Notes under the pieces: model-generated | Seen by the model: the letters and a program-made list of their open reading frames with translations, nothing else | What the model was told of the DNA's origin: nothing | The model's database searches: none | In this document: one piece after another, positions 62,498 through 64,000 of the stretch | Position numbering within the stretch: the first letter of the stretch is position 1 | Layout of the letters: each line of letters begins with the position of its first letter | Assembly: GCA_001179505.1 (NCBI GenBank) | Contig: CDMY01000323.1 | Span: 57,076 to 121,075, forward strand | DNA from: Vitrella brassicaformis CCMP3155 | Taxonomy: Eukaryota > Protista > Chromerida | Length of the DNA: 64,000 nt | Direction: 5' to 3' | Made by a program: the position numbers and the translations under genes

Positions 62498-62870
62498 GTG
62501 GGAGGGTGTTGTGTGTGTTCGATGGATAGCAAGATACGGGGGCGGGTGACATTGTGATAAAGAGAGATGGGTGCATACAAACACTATCACATATATGTCA
62601 CTCACAGCTGAACGACCACCGATCACACCTGCATTCATTACCTTGCCACGGAGAGAACCAAAGACTTGTTCCCCACAGCACCCCTTTTTGACATCTCCAT
62701 CTCTTTCTCTCTCTCTGTGTGTGTGTCACGCCCCCCCCCCCTCTCTCTTTTGTGGTCATCCATCGATGATGAATGATAGTAAAAAGTAATCAATTAATCC
62801 ACACACACTGAGAGACGAGATAGACACAGAGCACATCCATTCACGCTCTGCATGTGTGTGTGTCCCTCAG

Positions 62871-63688
62871 TGCCTGCAGGCCTATCACGGTAAGCGTCTC
62901 CGCCACCCCTTCATCGTCGACAGCGAAGTCATACATGTCGACAGAGAGAGGGAGGGGGGAAGACGGGGGTAACTAAGAGTCCATTCATCCTTCCATGTGT
63001 GTGTAGGTATTGTGAAGATCACCCCAGCCCACGACAAGTGCGTCAAGTGTGTGTGCGTGTGTGTGCGTTTGGAGTTCATTACGATCATCGACGAGAAGGG
63101 CTACATGAAGGAAAATGCCAGACCCTTCGAAGTACGTACACACACGCACGACGGGCACACATACGGACCGAGAGAAAGAGAGAGAGAGAGGGATGGATGC
63201 TGTCACGCTTGAATGACTGTACACAGGACCAGCACCGGTTTGAGTGTCGATTCAACATCCAGCAAGAGCTGCAAAAACTGGTGCGTACGTCTCACTCATA
63301 TATGCATCCACACGTACATACATACAGACATACATACGTGTGTGAAATGCATGCACACACAGGGTGTTTTGCGCGGCAAGACGCCCAGCCCGATGCGTCT
63401 GGGCATGTGCTCACACACACATGCACACACACACACACACACACACATCCCCCCCACACCCCAAAGACACACACATTCACGTGTATGTGTCGTGTTTCGT
63501 CTTGTGTGTGTCCACGTGTGTGTATTGCGGCGCCGATGCGCTCACATACGGCCTGCTTGCATACACCAAACAAGGTGGGTCGGTGGGTGCATCAATGTGT
63601 GTGCCAGATTGGTCCGTCAGCCTGGACATCAACCGTGTGGTTGGGTACCGCAGTAAGCAATCTAGCCAACCCCACTCTCTCTCTGTGT
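62871..63688 (+). pseudogene. VARS: Internally deleted valyl-tRNA synthetase relic
   Basis: AYHGKRLRHPF, GIVKITPAHD, LEFITIIDEKG, HRFECR, PMRLG, CGADALTYGLLAYTKQ, SLDINRVVGYR; HIGH and KMSKS regions are absent. Confidence 0.8.
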
Positions 63689-63898
63689 GTGTGTGTGCAC
63701 AGAGAGGGAGCCATTCAAACAATCATCGGGTACATGGATGTGTGCCGTGCCTTCTCTGTGTGTGCGTAGGGGGTATAGATTCAGACGATGGTCTGGATGT
63801 GTGCGATGCCGACGACGGCAGCGGCGATAATGGGCGTGACGATATAAACGACGCCAGCGATGGGAGCGGCGAAGGTAGTAACAGATTTGTGACAGAGG

Positions 63899-64000
63899 TT
63901 TAGGGTCTAGGGCTGTAGGGTTCAGGGTTTAGGGGTCAGGGTTCAGGGGTCAGGGGTCAGGGGTCAGGGGTCAGGGGTCAGGGGTCAGGGGTCAGGGGTC
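63899..64000 (+). repeat. Telomeric heptamer array with variants
   Basis: TTTAGGG, TCTAGGG, CTGTAGGG, TTCAGGG, TTTAGGG, GTCAGGG, TTCAGGG, then 7 consecutive GTCAGGG and a partial unit at the window end. Confidence 0.9.

Overview
Eukaryotic, intron-rich, GC-rich DNA that ends in telomeric repeats, so it looks like the last 64 kb of a chromosome arm. It is probably a chromerid alveolate such as Vitrella brassicaformis. That assignment is inferred from short microsatellite-filled introns, apicomplexan-like tubulin and RPS5, bipartite plastid leaders, flagellar IFT80 and TT(T/C)AGGG-type repeats. Recognisable genes are alpha-tubulin, INTS11, IFT80, RPS5, a plastid type-II peroxiredoxin, a glycosyltransferase, a GPI-anchored fasciclin, a bacterial-type S8/S53-like protease, a TSP1-vWA adhesin, a stand-alone BT-biotinyl protein, an ankyrin pseudogene, an EXECUTER-like DUF3506 protein and a ValRS relic. 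Four signals stand out. (1) An AT-rich decayed endogenous viral element at about 29.5-31.3 kb carries an A32-type packaging ATPase next to a long hairpin. (2) A membrane-anchored protein combines a toxin-like helical region with bacterial RTX repeats. (3) Many introns have (AC)n or (CAGA)n near the donor and complementary (GT)n or (TCTG)n near the acceptor. (4) The telomere is dominated by a GTCAGGG variant and directly abuts coding-like sequence. All gene models were spliced by eye and family calls come from motif recognition; no database search was run.
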